A stretch of DNA of 43,584 nt. Origin: Nitrospinota bacterium (GTDB taxonomy: Bacteria; Nitrospinota; Nitrospinia; Nitrospinales; VA-1). Below, one piece after another: positions 29,041 through 38,390 of the stretch. The notes under the pieces were generated by a model that had not been told where the DNA came from, made no database searches, and was given only the letters and a program-made list of their open reading frames with translations. A program made the position numbers and the translations under genes. Where the stretch lies: NCBI GenBank assembly GCA_038108555.1, contig JAYNIA010000020.1:1-43584 (forward strand). The letters run 5' to 3'. Numbering within the stretch: position 1 is the stretch's first letter; each line of letters begins with the position of its first letter.

Positions 29041-31284
29041 TTGGAAATTTCAACTCCTAAAGTCAGTAAACAATCAGGCCCATCAATCGTTTGGTTGATT
29101 CCCCTGGTCACGCTGCTTGTCGGTGGATGGTTGATTGTTAAGACACTATCCGAACAGGGTCCTCGTGCGACGATTAGTTTCAAAACTGCCGAAGGCATTG
29201 AAGTGGATAAGACAAAAGTTAAATACAAAAATGTAGATATAGGAGTCGTAGAAAAAATCGAATTCAGCGATGATTTTTCAAATACCATTTTGACGGTGGA
29301 TTTTATTCAGGGGTCTGAAAATTTCCTCCGCAGAAGCACTCGCTTCTGGGTGGTCAAGCCCCAACTCAGCCTTAAAGGAGCTTCCGGTTTGGGGACGCTG
29401 ATATCTGGTTCTTATATTGAAATTGAGCCCGGACCCGGTGCGCCGCAATTGCATTTTGTAGGTCTTGAAAAGCAACCGGTGGTCAAATCTGACGAGCAGG
29501 GAAAAAAGATCACACTGGTCACTCAAAACCTGGGGTCTGTTGATACCGGTTCACCAATCTATTATCAGGGCCTCCCGGCAGGAGAGGTTTTAGGGTACGA
29601 GTTGGGCAATGATCGAAAGAGTACCTATGTTTATGCTTTCATCAAGGATCCTTTTGATCAACTTATTCGCGGAAACACCAATTTCTGGAATGTCAGTGGT
29701 ATCAATGTTTCTATGGATGCAGACGGATTCAAAGTGCAAACGGAATCTATCCAATCGATGATTTATGGGGGTATAGCGTTTGAAACTCCTGAAACGCTAG
29801 AGCAGGCAACCACCGATGTAGATAATCTGGTTTTTACCCTGCATGAAAATTATGAAAGTATCGAAAAGCATGCTTATACAAAAAAGATCAAGTTCATTAT
29901 GTTTTTTGATAGTTCGATTCGCGGATTGAACCTCGGGGCTCCGGTAGAGTTTAAAGGAATCAAGGTTGGGTCTGTGTTGGATGTGAGGTTGGAATTTGAT
30001 AAAGACAGTACCACCTTTCGAATTCCTGTCCTGATAGAAATAGAACCCCAACGTATTATGGAGAGAGGGCTTGAAGGAGAAGTTTCTTCCCATCAAGCTC
30101 TGAATCGGCTGGTGGAGCGGGGACTCCGAGCCCGTTTGCAAACGGGAAGTCTGTTGACCAGTCAGTTATTTATTGATTTAGATATGCATCCGGGTTCCCC
30201 GGTCAACTTGAGCGGTACCGAGGCTCCTTTTCCGGAACTGCCAACCTTGCCCACTTCCAACTTTGGTGCCATTACCCAGTCGGCTGAGGAATTACTTGCC
30301 AAACTCAATGCGGTGGATATTGAAGAAGTCACGTCTGTACTGGTCGATACGATTAAAACGGCCAATAAGACTATGCACACTGCGGATGATGCTATTAAAA
30401 GCGCAAACACGCTTATTCAATCGCCTGATATTCCGAAAGCAATAAAAGATGTTCGAATTGCTTTGGAAAACTTCAAGAACCTCACTCAAAAAGTTGAAGA
30501 TTCACAATTGGTAGCCAGTGCGGAGCAAACTATAAACAGTGTGGATAAGGCTGTTAACAATGCTGATAAAATTATTAACAGTGCCGGTGAGACTATTAAA
30601 GGTGTCAACAAAACTTTAAGTGGTGTTGATAAAACACTAGCCAGTGCCGACCAGGCCATAAAAGATGCAAGTAATACATTAGGTGGGGTTGATAAAACAC
30701 TCAACAGTGCTGATACAGCAATCAATAATGTCAACAAACTGATTACGAAACCAGCCATCACAGAGGCTATAGAAGATATTCGTGTAGCCCTGAATAACTT
30801 CAAGAATGTCACTCAAAAAATTGATGATACAGATTTGGTTGCTTCGGCCTCAAAAACCTTGGACCATATGGATGAAATAATTGTTGGGTCAAAACAAACT
30901 CTTAAGAATGCAGATAAAGCCATTGACAGTGCGATGCTTACTGCGGAAAACGCTAATAAGCTAATTACTTCACCGGGAATCAACAAGGCGATGGAGGATA
31001 TTCAGGAATCCTTAAAATCCTTTAAAAGCATTATGGCGAAAGTTGATAAGTCAAATTTGAAGGAAGCTATCAATGCAGGGCATCTAGCACTGGAAAGTTT
31101 GAGTCAAACACTGGATAAGACCAGTGCGATGATGGAACCCAATTCACCCATTCAATATAACCTGATCGAATTGACCCGGGAATTCGAAGAAACCGCACGG
31201 GCCATTCGCTCATTAATTGAAACTCTTGAACGGAATCCCCAGGAATTGATATTTGGCAAGGACCGAAACGCCAAAGGAGAATAA
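29041..31284 (+). CDS. pqiB: PqiB-type MCE protein with three MCE domains and an extended helical stalk (747 aa)
   Basis: WLIPLV TM; FWVVKP, GLGTLISGSYI, FWNVSG, GGIAF, GLRARLQTGSLLT, LPT; C-terminal LERNPQELIFGK; TTG start. Confidence 0.92.
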   Translation: MEISTPKVSKQSGPSIVWLIPLVTLLVGGWLIVKTLSEQGPRATISFKTAEGIEVDKTKVKYKNVDIGVVEKIEFSDDFSNTILTVDFIQGSENFLRRSTRFWVVKPQLSLKGASGLGTLISGSYIEIEPGPGAPQLHFVGLEKQPVVKSDEQGKKITLVTQNLGSVDTGSPIYYQGLPAGEVLGYELGNDRKSTYVYAFIKDPFDQLIRGNTNFWNVSGINVSMDADGFKVQTESIQSMIYGGIAFETPETLEQATTDVDNLVFTLHENYESIEKHAYTKKIKFIMFFDSSIRGLNLGAPVEFKGIKVGSVLDVRLEFDKDSTTFRIPVLIEIEPQRIMERGLEGEVSSHQALNRLVERGLRARLQTGSLLTSQLFIDLDMHPGSPVNLSGTEAPFPELPTLPTSNFGAITQSAEELLAKLNAVDIEEVTSVLVDTIKTANKTMHTADDAIKSANTLIQSPDIPKAIKDVRIALENFKNLTQKVEDSQLVASAEQTINSVDKAVNNADKIINSAGETIKGVNKTLSGVDKTLASADQAIKDASNTLGGVDKTLNSADTAINNVNKLITKPAITEAIEDIRVALNNFKNVTQKIDDTDLVASASKTLDHMDEIIVGSKQTLKNADKAIDSAMLTAENANKLITSPGINKAMEDIQESLKSFKSIMAKVDKSNLKEAINAGHLALESLSQTLDKTSAMMEPNSPIQYNLIELTREFEETARAIRSLIETLERNPQELIFGKDRNAKGE

Positions 31285-31288
31285 AGAT

Positions 31289-31897
31289 ATGAAGAGATCT
31301 CTTTTAAAATTAATAGCTTTGTCGTTTCTTACATTCCTGTTTAGCGGTTGTCCGGGGGTTAGTTATACGGACCCCATTCGGTATTATTTGATTGACCCGG
31401 TAGATTATCCCAATGCTTTTCGTGGAGAAGAGAAGCCCTTGAGTCTGGAGATCATCAGTCTCCATATTCCCCAGTATCTGGAACGCTTCCATATAGCAAC
31501 ACGCACCAGCCAAAGCCAACTTGAATTCTCGGAAAGCCATCAATGGGGAGAGAACCTGCGTAAAAACCTATTGCGAACCATGTCAAGAAACCTATCCGCA
31601 TTATTAAAGACATTTGACATAGGCACCCCTTTAAACCGATCAGCATCCTTGCCGAACTACAGGGTACAGGTTCATATTGAACAATTTGAGTTGGAAAGTA
31701 ACCGAAAGGTAAAACTGGTTGCGCGCTGGCAACTTTCCAAAGGGACTCAGTCCAAGCCTCTGGGTGTGTTCCATGCCGAATTGCAGGGGGAAGAGATTGA
31801 AAGGATGAGTTACGAAAAAATGGTTTCGGTGATGCGCCAACTTTATGGAGAACTTTGTGAGCAGATTGCAAATTCAATCCTTAAAAACAAAAGCTGA
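31289..31897 (+). CDS. pqiC: PqiC-type outer-membrane lipoprotein
   Basis: Lipobox FSGC; RYYLI, IPQYLER, HQWGENL, IEQFE, LVARW. Confidence 0.88.
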   Translation: MKRSLLKLIALSFLTFLFSGCPGVSYTDPIRYYLIDPVDYPNAFRGEEKPLSLEIISLHIPQYLERFHIATRTSQSQLEFSESHQWGENLRKNLLRTMSRNLSALLKTFDIGTPLNRSASLPNYRVQVHIEQFELESNRKVKLVARWQLSKGTQSKPLGVFHAELQGEEIERMSYEKMVSVMRQLYGELCEQIANSILKNKS

Positions 31898-31912
31898 GTT
31901 GAACTTTAGTTA

Positions 31913-32782
31913 ATGATGAAACCTATTTTCCATTTTTCGTTATTTCTATTGCTATCCATTACTTGTACGCAGGAATGTTTTGCCTTTGTAAATAAAGAAA
32001 CCACCGGTAAGGAAATTATGGAAGAGGTGGACAAACGGCATCAGCAGTTTCCTTTTATATATGAAGAACAGTCCATGGTCATGGTAGATCGGAATGGGGA
32101 TCGCGATACTCGAAAGGCCCGCCGCTATTCCAGAGCCGAAGAAGACGGTTCCGTACGGTTTCTTTTGTTGTTCGATTATCCACAAGAGGTGAAAGGGGTT
32201 GCATTGCTTGCGCATCGCCAACCGGATGGACAAACTCATAAGTACATTTATCTGCCGGCTTATGGTGAACAACTTCTTGAAAGTGCCGGCGAGGAAAGCG
32301 GAGACAATTTTCTTGGGACCGATTTTTCGGTAGAAAACCTGACCGGAGAGGTGTTGACCGAGCATCATTATGTTCGCCGTGAGGATCAGGAGTTGGAAGG
32401 GATAAAATACTATATTGTTGATGTCTATAAAAACAACGATTCCTCACAGGAAAAAAGGCTTCTACGGCGGCATCATATCCAGCAGGACAATTTTTTCATC
32501 ACCCTGACGCACCATTTTGATAAACATGGACGTACCGTCCGAATCCAGAGTCACCACGACTTGAAGACCGTTGATGTAAATAAACTGGCCGCTAATATGA
32601 TCCTGATGGAAAACAAAAAGGATCAGCATCAATCTCTGATTAAAACTTCCCGCCGTATTTTTTCGCACGACTATGTTCCTGCCGAAATATTTACTGCGGA
32701 ATGGTTGTTTGAAAATTATCCCCACGTAGAACCGGTTGAAGAAAACGACAATTCCCTGGAAATAGAGGAAACCATAGAGTGA
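31913..32782 (+). CDS. LolA-like ('outer membrane lipoprotein-sorting') periplasmic protein
   Basis: Signal peptide ending CFA; F.YP.EVKGVALL, IYLPA, FLGTDFS.E.L motifs of the LolA-like family found with MMPL transporters. Confidence 0.85.
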   Translation: MMKPIFHFSLFLLLSITCTQECFAFVNKETTGKEIMEEVDKRHQQFPFIYEEQSMVMVDRNGDRDTRKARRYSRAEEDGSVRFLLLFDYPQEVKGVALLAHRQPDGQTHKYIYLPAYGEQLLESAGEESGDNFLGTDFSVENLTGEVLTEHHYVRREDQELEGIKYYIVDVYKNNDSSQEKRLLRRHHIQQDNFFITLTHHFDKHGRTVRIQSHHDLKTVDVNKLAANMILMENKKDQHQSLIKTSRRIFSHDYVPAEIFTAEWLFENYPHVEPVEENDNSLEIEETIE

Positions 32783-35514
32783 TTGAACAAATCTACATGC
32801 TGGGGTACAGGCGCCGGTTCCTTGTGGCGATGTTCATTCTATTGGTGACAGTTGTTGCTGGATCAGGAATATTTCGTCTGCAGGTCGATACCGGTATAGA
32901 CAGTCTTATTCCCGCCAACGATCCGGCCCGTCAGGTTTACCAAAAGATAATGGGTGAGTTTGGTACCGACAATAAAACCATAGTTTATATAAAAGATTCC
33001 AATCTTTGGACACCAGAAAAACTGGCTGCTGTCGAAAAACTTCATTTTTCAATTGAAAAACTTAAGGGAGTCAGCAGGGTAGACAGTTTGTTTTCTTTGC
33101 ATACGGTTCAAGGGGAGGGGAATAAAATTCTTTCTCGACCTTTACTGCTTGCTGCTCCAAAAACAAAAGAAGAAGCACTGAAGGCTAAAAATATTGCCTT
33201 GGCAAACCCTCTATACCAGGGGAACTATTTTTCCAGTAAAGGAGATGTCACGGCAATGATCGTTTCCGTGATCGATTCTGAAGACAGCAATAACTTCAGC
33301 CGCGAACTTCATCTCGCTCTGGAAGGACAACTACAGGTTCATCGTAAAACATTTGAACGTATCGTGCAGGTAGGGCCTCCCCGAATCAACGCAGAACTGA
33401 AACACAGCCTGTATGAGGATTTCATATTGCTGGGGCCTTTATCGGTGGTGGTCCTGGTTTTTTCGATTCTTATCTTTATGCGTAGCGTATTATCGGCTGT
33501 GGTGCCTCTGGTAACTTCTTTACTCACCATTATATGGACCTTTGGGGTTATGGGCTGGATAGGAGTGCCGCTGAATATATTGAGTGCCATGATTCCCTCC
33601 CTGATCATCGTGATCGGCTCCACCGAAGACACGCATATGATGTCGGCTTTTTTGCGCGGGCTGGAAGCCAATCCGGGGGTTAACTCTCGTAAGGAAGCGG
33701 TGAAGTACATGGCAAAACATATTGGTTTGCCCATGGTCCTTACGGTTTTGACTACAACTCTTGGGTTTGCCAGCAACCTGTTCAGTGATATTGGGTTGAT
33801 TCAGCACTTTTCGTTTGCAGCAACTTTTGCGATGCTGGCCAATGGTTTTATCACCATTCTGGTGATGCCACTCATGTTGTCCCTGTTCGGTCCTAAAGAG
33901 GGGGGAGCTCAACTTGTAAAGGATTTCAAACGAAACAGCATCCCAGATCGAATCATGGGAGTCTTTCGATCCTCTCAGGTCCGTTTTCCAATGACCATTT
34001 TGGTTTTGACCACAGCCCTCTGTGCATTTTTTATTTATCAGGCATCGAAACTCTATGTTACCAACGATCCCCTTTCCTATTTTCCCAGTGATCGTCCCTT
34101 GATCCAGGACGCAAAACGAATTCATGAGGACCTGGCAGGCATAAAAATATTTTTCATTTCACTTGAGTCTAAGAAGGGAAAAGCTTTTCAAGATCCTAAA
34201 AATATTAAAAAGCTCGTTGAGATTCAGGATTTTCTGAGCAAACAGGGTGTCTATGATCGCAGTATCTCCCTTGCCGACCATTTAAGATTTTTAAATCAAG
34301 AGTTTCGTGGCGGTTCCGAAAAGTCCATACCCGGTACTCGACAACTGGTCGCGCAATACTTAATGTTTCTGCATCGCAGTGATTTGGATAATTATGTCAG
34401 CCACGATTACCGCCGTGCCAACATAGTGGTTCGACATAACATTACCGACTCTCATACCCTGAACCGTTACATAGAAGAGCTGCAGGAAGTGATCGACAGT
34501 ATTGCCGGTCCCAACATGAGGTACTACATAGTAGGGGAAAACCTGATGGTTAACCGGGCTGCGGAAAGCTTGATGGTTGCCCAGGTGAAGGCACTGGCTT
34601 TGCTGATGGCTCTGATATTCCTGATCATGTCCATCATGTTTACTTCCTTTAAAGGTGGACTCATCGCTCTGGTGCCCGCAATTATTCCCATTGCACTCAT
34701 GTTCGGGATAATGGGATTTCTGGATATTCCTTTAAACCCCGGTACCGCAATGGTTGCGGTGATTGCTATTGGGATTGCGATTGACGGAACCATCCATCTG
34801 CTTGCGCGCTACAATGAACTTTGCCGACGGACCTCCGATTACGAAGATGCGGTAAACTCTGCCGTTAATGATGAAGCCACTCCTCTTATCGTGTCCAGCA
34901 TCGCGCTGGCTTTTGGGTTTGGCATTCTGATTTTTTCAAACTTTACCATTGTGGCGCAATTTGGAGCGCTTGCGGCGGCTACCATGCTGTTTTCCATCTT
35001 TGCCAATCTGTTAATCACTCCAATTATAATGACGCGGATTCGGCTGGTAGGACTATATCAGATCCTATCCATGTCCATCGACCGGGAAGTGCTTCATGGC
35101 AGTCCTTTACTGCAAAACATGAGCAATTATCAACGGCGGAAAGCCATTTTGATTTCCGAACTGCATGAGTTCGAAAAAGGGGAATTGCTGGTCGAACAAG
35201 ATACGATCGGCCGAAATATGTACCTGATTCTCTCTGGCGAAGCTGAAGTTGTCAGAAGAGACGGTGTTGAATCAAGCTCACTGGCCATTTTAAAACCGGG
35301 ACAAATTTTTGGCGAGGTGGGTTATATCCGCGAAACGGAAAGGACGGCGGATGTGGTGGCCACGCAAAAAGTATCTGCATTGAAGTTTGATTATGAACGG
35401 ATGCAGAAAGACCTGAAGTTCTTCCCCAACATCGTGGCTAAACTCAATTTCAATATCAGCCACATTCTCGGTGAACGGCTTGCCGACATGGTATCCAAAT
35501 CCAAGAGTAAATAA
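32779..35514 (+). CDS. MMPL/RND-family transporter fused to a C-terminal cyclic-nucleotide-binding domain
   Basis: Two (1 TM + periplasmic loop + 5 TM) repeats, GIAIDGTIH; C-terminal MYLILSGEAEV...PGQIFGE...RTADVVA; GTGA overlap with the upstream gene. Confidence 0.9.
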   Translation: MIEQIYMLGYRRRFLVAMFILLVTVVAGSGIFRLQVDTGIDSLIPANDPARQVYQKIMGEFGTDNKTIVYIKDSNLWTPEKLAAVEKLHFSIEKLKGVSRVDSLFSLHTVQGEGNKILSRPLLLAAPKTKEEALKAKNIALANPLYQGNYFSSKGDVTAMIVSVIDSEDSNNFSRELHLALEGQLQVHRKTFERIVQVGPPRINAELKHSLYEDFILLGPLSVVVLVFSILIFMRSVLSAVVPLVTSLLTIIWTFGVMGWIGVPLNILSAMIPSLIIVIGSTEDTHMMSAFLRGLEANPGVNSRKEAVKYMAKHIGLPMVLTVLTTTLGFASNLFSDIGLIQHFSFAATFAMLANGFITILVMPLMLSLFGPKEGGAQLVKDFKRNSIPDRIMGVFRSSQVRFPMTILVLTTALCAFFIYQASKLYVTNDPLSYFPSDRPLIQDAKRIHEDLAGIKIFFISLESKKGKAFQDPKNIKKLVEIQDFLSKQGVYDRSISLADHLRFLNQEFRGGSEKSIPGTRQLVAQYLMFLHRSDLDNYVSHDYRRANIVVRHNITDSHTLNRYIEELQEVIDSIAGPNMRYYIVGENLMVNRAAESLMVAQVKALALLMALIFLIMSIMFTSFKGGLIALVPAIIPIALMFGIMGFLDIPLNPGTAMVAVIAIGIAIDGTIHLLARYNELCRRTSDYEDAVNSAVNDEATPLIVSSIALAFGFGILIFSNFTIVAQFGALAAATMLFSIFANLLITPIIMTRIRLVGLYQILSMSIDREVLHGSPLLQNMSNYQRRKAILISELHEFEKGELLVEQDTIGRNMYLILSGEAEVVRRDGVESSSLAILKPGQIFGEVGYIRETERTADVVATQKVSALKFDYERMQKDLKFFPNIVAKLNFNISHILGERLADMVSKSKSK

Positions 35515-35521
35515 CGCCTTC

Positions 35522-36310
35522 CTATTTGAGTTTCACCACGATTCTGTGATGCTGTTTTTGTACGGGCCTCGCATTGTGGTCAATGAACCTCTGAAAATGC
35601 TTTACCTGTTTTTCAGATAATTCGATGGGTTCTTCCAAAACAAACCAGGTCACGTTTTCCGAGCAGGGTGGGGTGGTGAGAGACCCACTGTAATAAAAGT
35701 ATCCCTTTAAATCTGGAAACAGGGACTCTACATTTACATAGATGTTTTTAACAAGATGTTCCTGATCTATGGTTGCAGGGATGTTATTCCATAGTTTTTG
35801 AATTATGGGATCGGATTGTCCGATCCGGGCTAAAACTCCGATCACAATATATTTATGATCACCGGATCGGTGGACGAAATGAATTTCCATGGGAAAACTT
35901 TTTCCATTCACCGTGTGCTCACTGGGGTGATGGAAATGGACCTGGATCAATTCAAACTTTTCTCCCTCCCACTCCACATAACTTCCCGTTTGATATTTTA
36001 AGAGAATGGTATGGGTATTATTGATCAGGTTAATGGGGGTATCGGAGTAGTGGATATGAAGCCCGTCCAGTTTGAGTCCGGGAACATGATTGAAATCTAT
36101 GGGTGATTGGCGGACCCCTTCTCGACACATCAGATGCTTTTCATGGTCCTGCTCCATTTCACCCCAATGGGCGGGACCGGTGCCACCTTCATAACCCCAG
36201 GAATGATTGTGTTCCTCAGCAATAGCATTGGATAATAATCCTGCTAAAATTATTAAACCCAACAGGGTTGTGGAGTAATAATTAGTAAATTTATTGTTTA
36301 GAAACATCAT
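35522..36310 (-). CDS. Alpha-class carbonic anhydrase, exported
   Basis: WGYEG..GP.HW, QSPID, HFH.PSEH, EIHFVH, YSGSLTTPPCSE; signal peptide; GGAGGA RBS (start 36310 or 36307). Confidence 0.95.
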   Translation of the reverse strand: MMFLNNKFTNYYSTTLLGLIILAGLLSNAIAEEHNHSWGYEGGTGPAHWGEMEQDHEKHLMCREGVRQSPIDFNHVPGLKLDGLHIHYSDTPINLINNTHTILLKYQTGSYVEWEGEKFELIQVHFHHPSEHTVNGKSFPMEIHFVHRSGDHKYIVIGVLARIGQSDPIIQKLWNNIPATIDQEHLVKNIYVNVESLFPDLKGYFYYSGSLTTPPCSENVTWFVLEEPIELSEKQVKHFQRFIDHNARPVQKQHHRIVVKLK

Positions 36311-36633
36311 TCCTCCAATGTTTTGTATTTTAAATATTGCAAAGTTTGTGTCCAAACCGATGTAGGACAAATTCTTATTGCCGCGCATAAGAGGATAAAA
36401 AGATAAAATTATCTTTTATTTGGAAAAATATCAATAGGGCCGGTGAAAGTCAATAAATAAAGCTTCCTCTCAATATAATTTTCTGAGAAAATCGTTATTC
36501 GTTAGTACAATTTAAAAGTATCGTAAAGGGCAAGGGCGGGTCATTTTTTTGAGAGATCATCCGCAAAAAGAATCAATGTTTTTTTTGTATTACCCCCTTG
36601 ACATTATTAGCCCCAACTACTATTTTGTCCCCC

Positions 36634-37218
36634 ATGAAAAAAATCGCGCTTACATTTATTATCTGCCTTATGGCAGCCGCACCCGTTCATGCAATGCAAG
36701 AAGCGGATTACAAAAAGGATTGGTGTCCCAAGCATAATGGAGAAGTCGATTATCAAACCCACGACAAATCCACAGTGGATTGCCTGACAGATACCCACGC
36801 AATAGAGTTTGAGGTTGGGGCAAACTGGAATCCCGCAATTCGAAAATCTAGAAGCAGCTCCGTAAAAACGGGTAAGGAGCCAGGGGTCGTGCTCATTATC
36901 GAAACTGAAGCCGATAAAAAGCACCTGATGACCCTGCGCAAGATCAACGAAAAGAGAAGGCTTGCGATCAAGATATGGTCGGTCGGGCTGGATGTTGAAC
37001 TTCCTTGCGATATTAAGGGCGATATCAATCCCCAGAGCGGCGAAAAGATTTATCATCATATCGGGCAGCAAATGTATGATGCTTCCGTGGTGAACCCTAG
37101 GCATGGTGATACTTGGTTTTGTTCCTATGAGGAAGCAGAAGAAGCCGGATTCAAACCCTTTGTGAAAGCAAAACCTGTCCATCCTCAGACTTTAGGTGGC
37201 ATCCGGGAAATGTACTAG
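36634..37218 (+). CDS. Exported two-domain protein: PD-(D/E)XK-like domain plus C-terminal CxIKG...FC.E.EA..AG domain
   Basis: Signal peptide ending VHA; VDCLTDTHAIEFE; CDIKGDIN...KIYH..GQ..Y...WFCSYEEAEEAGF. Confidence 0.75.
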   Translation: MKKIALTFIICLMAAAPVHAMQEADYKKDWCPKHNGEVDYQTHDKSTVDCLTDTHAIEFEVGANWNPAIRKSRSSSVKTGKEPGVVLIIETEADKKHLMTLRKINEKRRLAIKIWSVGLDVELPCDIKGDINPQSGEKIYHHIGQQMYDASVVNPRHGDTWFCSYEEAEEAGFKPFVKAKPVHPQTLGGIREMY

Positions 37219-37343
37219 CAGGTCAGATAGATCACACCCTTTCAACTTTCTTTCACCCAGCTACATCTAAAATCTATTTTTTCAATAAACCTGCGGTTAA
37301 TACCAGGCGTAGGTATAATGGAGACATCCAAAAAGAGTTTGGG

Positions 37344-38123
37344 TTATTTTTTGCCTTTGGGAACCAATTGGATGGATGATTTTCCTTCGTGAGTAATTTG
37401 CCAAACATTCTTTGAATTATTTTGATTGGCTTTAATTAAAAGGTTGTTTCGGGTATTCCTTTTAGGATCGATGGTTATGGTGTGGTTTTCCATTAATTGA
37501 TTCATCTTCGAATCTTTATCCACCTTCCACCCGTTTTTTGAGTCTTTCTTCAGTCCATCTTTGCTGCAGGTTTCTATCTTTTTCATAATGTATTGCATTT
37601 GGCAAACCATAAACATTCCCAAAAGAGCCTGTTGAACCTCATGTTCAGCTTTTTCTTCCTCGCTGGCAAAATCAGTTCTATCCACATCAGGTTTGTTTTT
37701 TTCTGCGATAACCATTAGCTCTCCCAAACCTTCAAAGGATTTTCCAAGAGCTTCCCCCATCTTCTCCATGCCCTTTTGAAGTCCTTTTCCCAACGCGTCT
37801 CCCATTTTCTCGAACCCCTTTTCTATTCCATTGGCGGCACCCTGGGGAATGGGGAGTTCGTCCTCATTTTTGGAGCCGTAATAGAATTTATCTCTGGAAG
37901 GTTTTTGGGACGGCTCTAAAGTTTGTTTTTTTGGATTTGCTCTGGAAGTAGGACGATCTTCTTCGGGAACCTTGCTGGGGTCATCGGTGAAATGCAGTTT
38001 CCCGTTTTCATCTCTCCATTTATAGATTTTGGCCTCACTCGATGGAGCAAATACCAGGGAAGCACTGACAACCAGAGTTACCAGGAACAGGGAAAATTTT
38101 TTAAATTCTTCAAATAACACCAT
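37344..38123 (-). CDS. Exported DUF4124-domain protein
   Basis: Signal peptide ending SEA, then KIYKWRDENGKLHFTDDP; internal 11-residue amphipathic repeats (GFEKMGDALGK / GMEKMGEALGK). Confidence 0.8.
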   Translation of the reverse strand: MVLFEEFKKFSLFLVTLVVSASLVFAPSSEAKIYKWRDENGKLHFTDDPSKVPEEDRPTSRANPKKQTLEPSQKPSRDKFYYGSKNEDELPIPQGAANGIEKGFEKMGDALGKGLQKGMEKMGEALGKSFEGLGELMVIAEKNKPDVDRTDFASEEEKAEHEVQQALLGMFMVCQMQYIMKKIETCSKDGLKKDSKNGWKVDKDSKMNQLMENHTITIDPKRNTRNNLLIKANQNNSKNVWQITHEGKSSIQLVPKGKK

Positions 38124-38171
38124 TTTTACCCAAGGCCAACGAAGTTTGCTGTTAGCTATATTATTACCCAT

Positions 38172-38207
38172 AAAAAACGAAAGGCTAACTGTTTCCAGTT
38201 AGCCTTT
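38172..38207 (-). terminator. Intrinsic terminator of tRNA-Pro
   Basis: 12-bp stem AAAGGCTAACTG / CAGTTAGCCTTT with a 4-nt loop, followed by a T tract on the minus strand. Confidence 0.85.
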
Positions 38208-38213
38208 ATATAA

Positions 38214-38291
38214 TGGTCGGGACGAGAGGATTTGAACCTCCGACCACTTGACCCCCAGTCAAGTACGCTAACCAGACTGCGCCACGTCCCG
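38214..38291 (-). tRNA. tRNA-Pro (anticodon GGG)
   Basis: CGGGACGTGGCGCAGTCTGGTTAGCGTACTTGACT-GGG-GGTCAAGTGGTCGGAGGTTCAAATCCTCTCGTCCCGACCA; full cloverleaf with encoded CCA. Confidence 0.97.
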
Positions 38292-38361
38292 AATTCTATT
38301 GATCTTGGAATGTTTGTGCGGATGCGCTAATTGCTCGCAATTTGCTGCTGAGGTGTCAACC

Positions 38362-38390
38362 AAAATAGTTGATTCGTAAGGGGATGTCAA
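38362..38390 (-). promoter_or_regulatory. Sigma70-type promoter of tRNA-Pro
   Basis: TTGACA-N17-TATTTT on the minus strand. Confidence 0.55.

Noticed and set aside
30520..30730. Short DNA repeats (e.g. GTTGATAAAACACT) resembling a repeat array
   Set aside because: They encode the heptad repeats of PqiB; there is no spacer structure or cas gene.
38214..38240. tRNA-Pro 3' end as an integration site
   Set aside because: No integrase and no duplicate of the tRNA 3' end found in the window; the native terminator follows directly.
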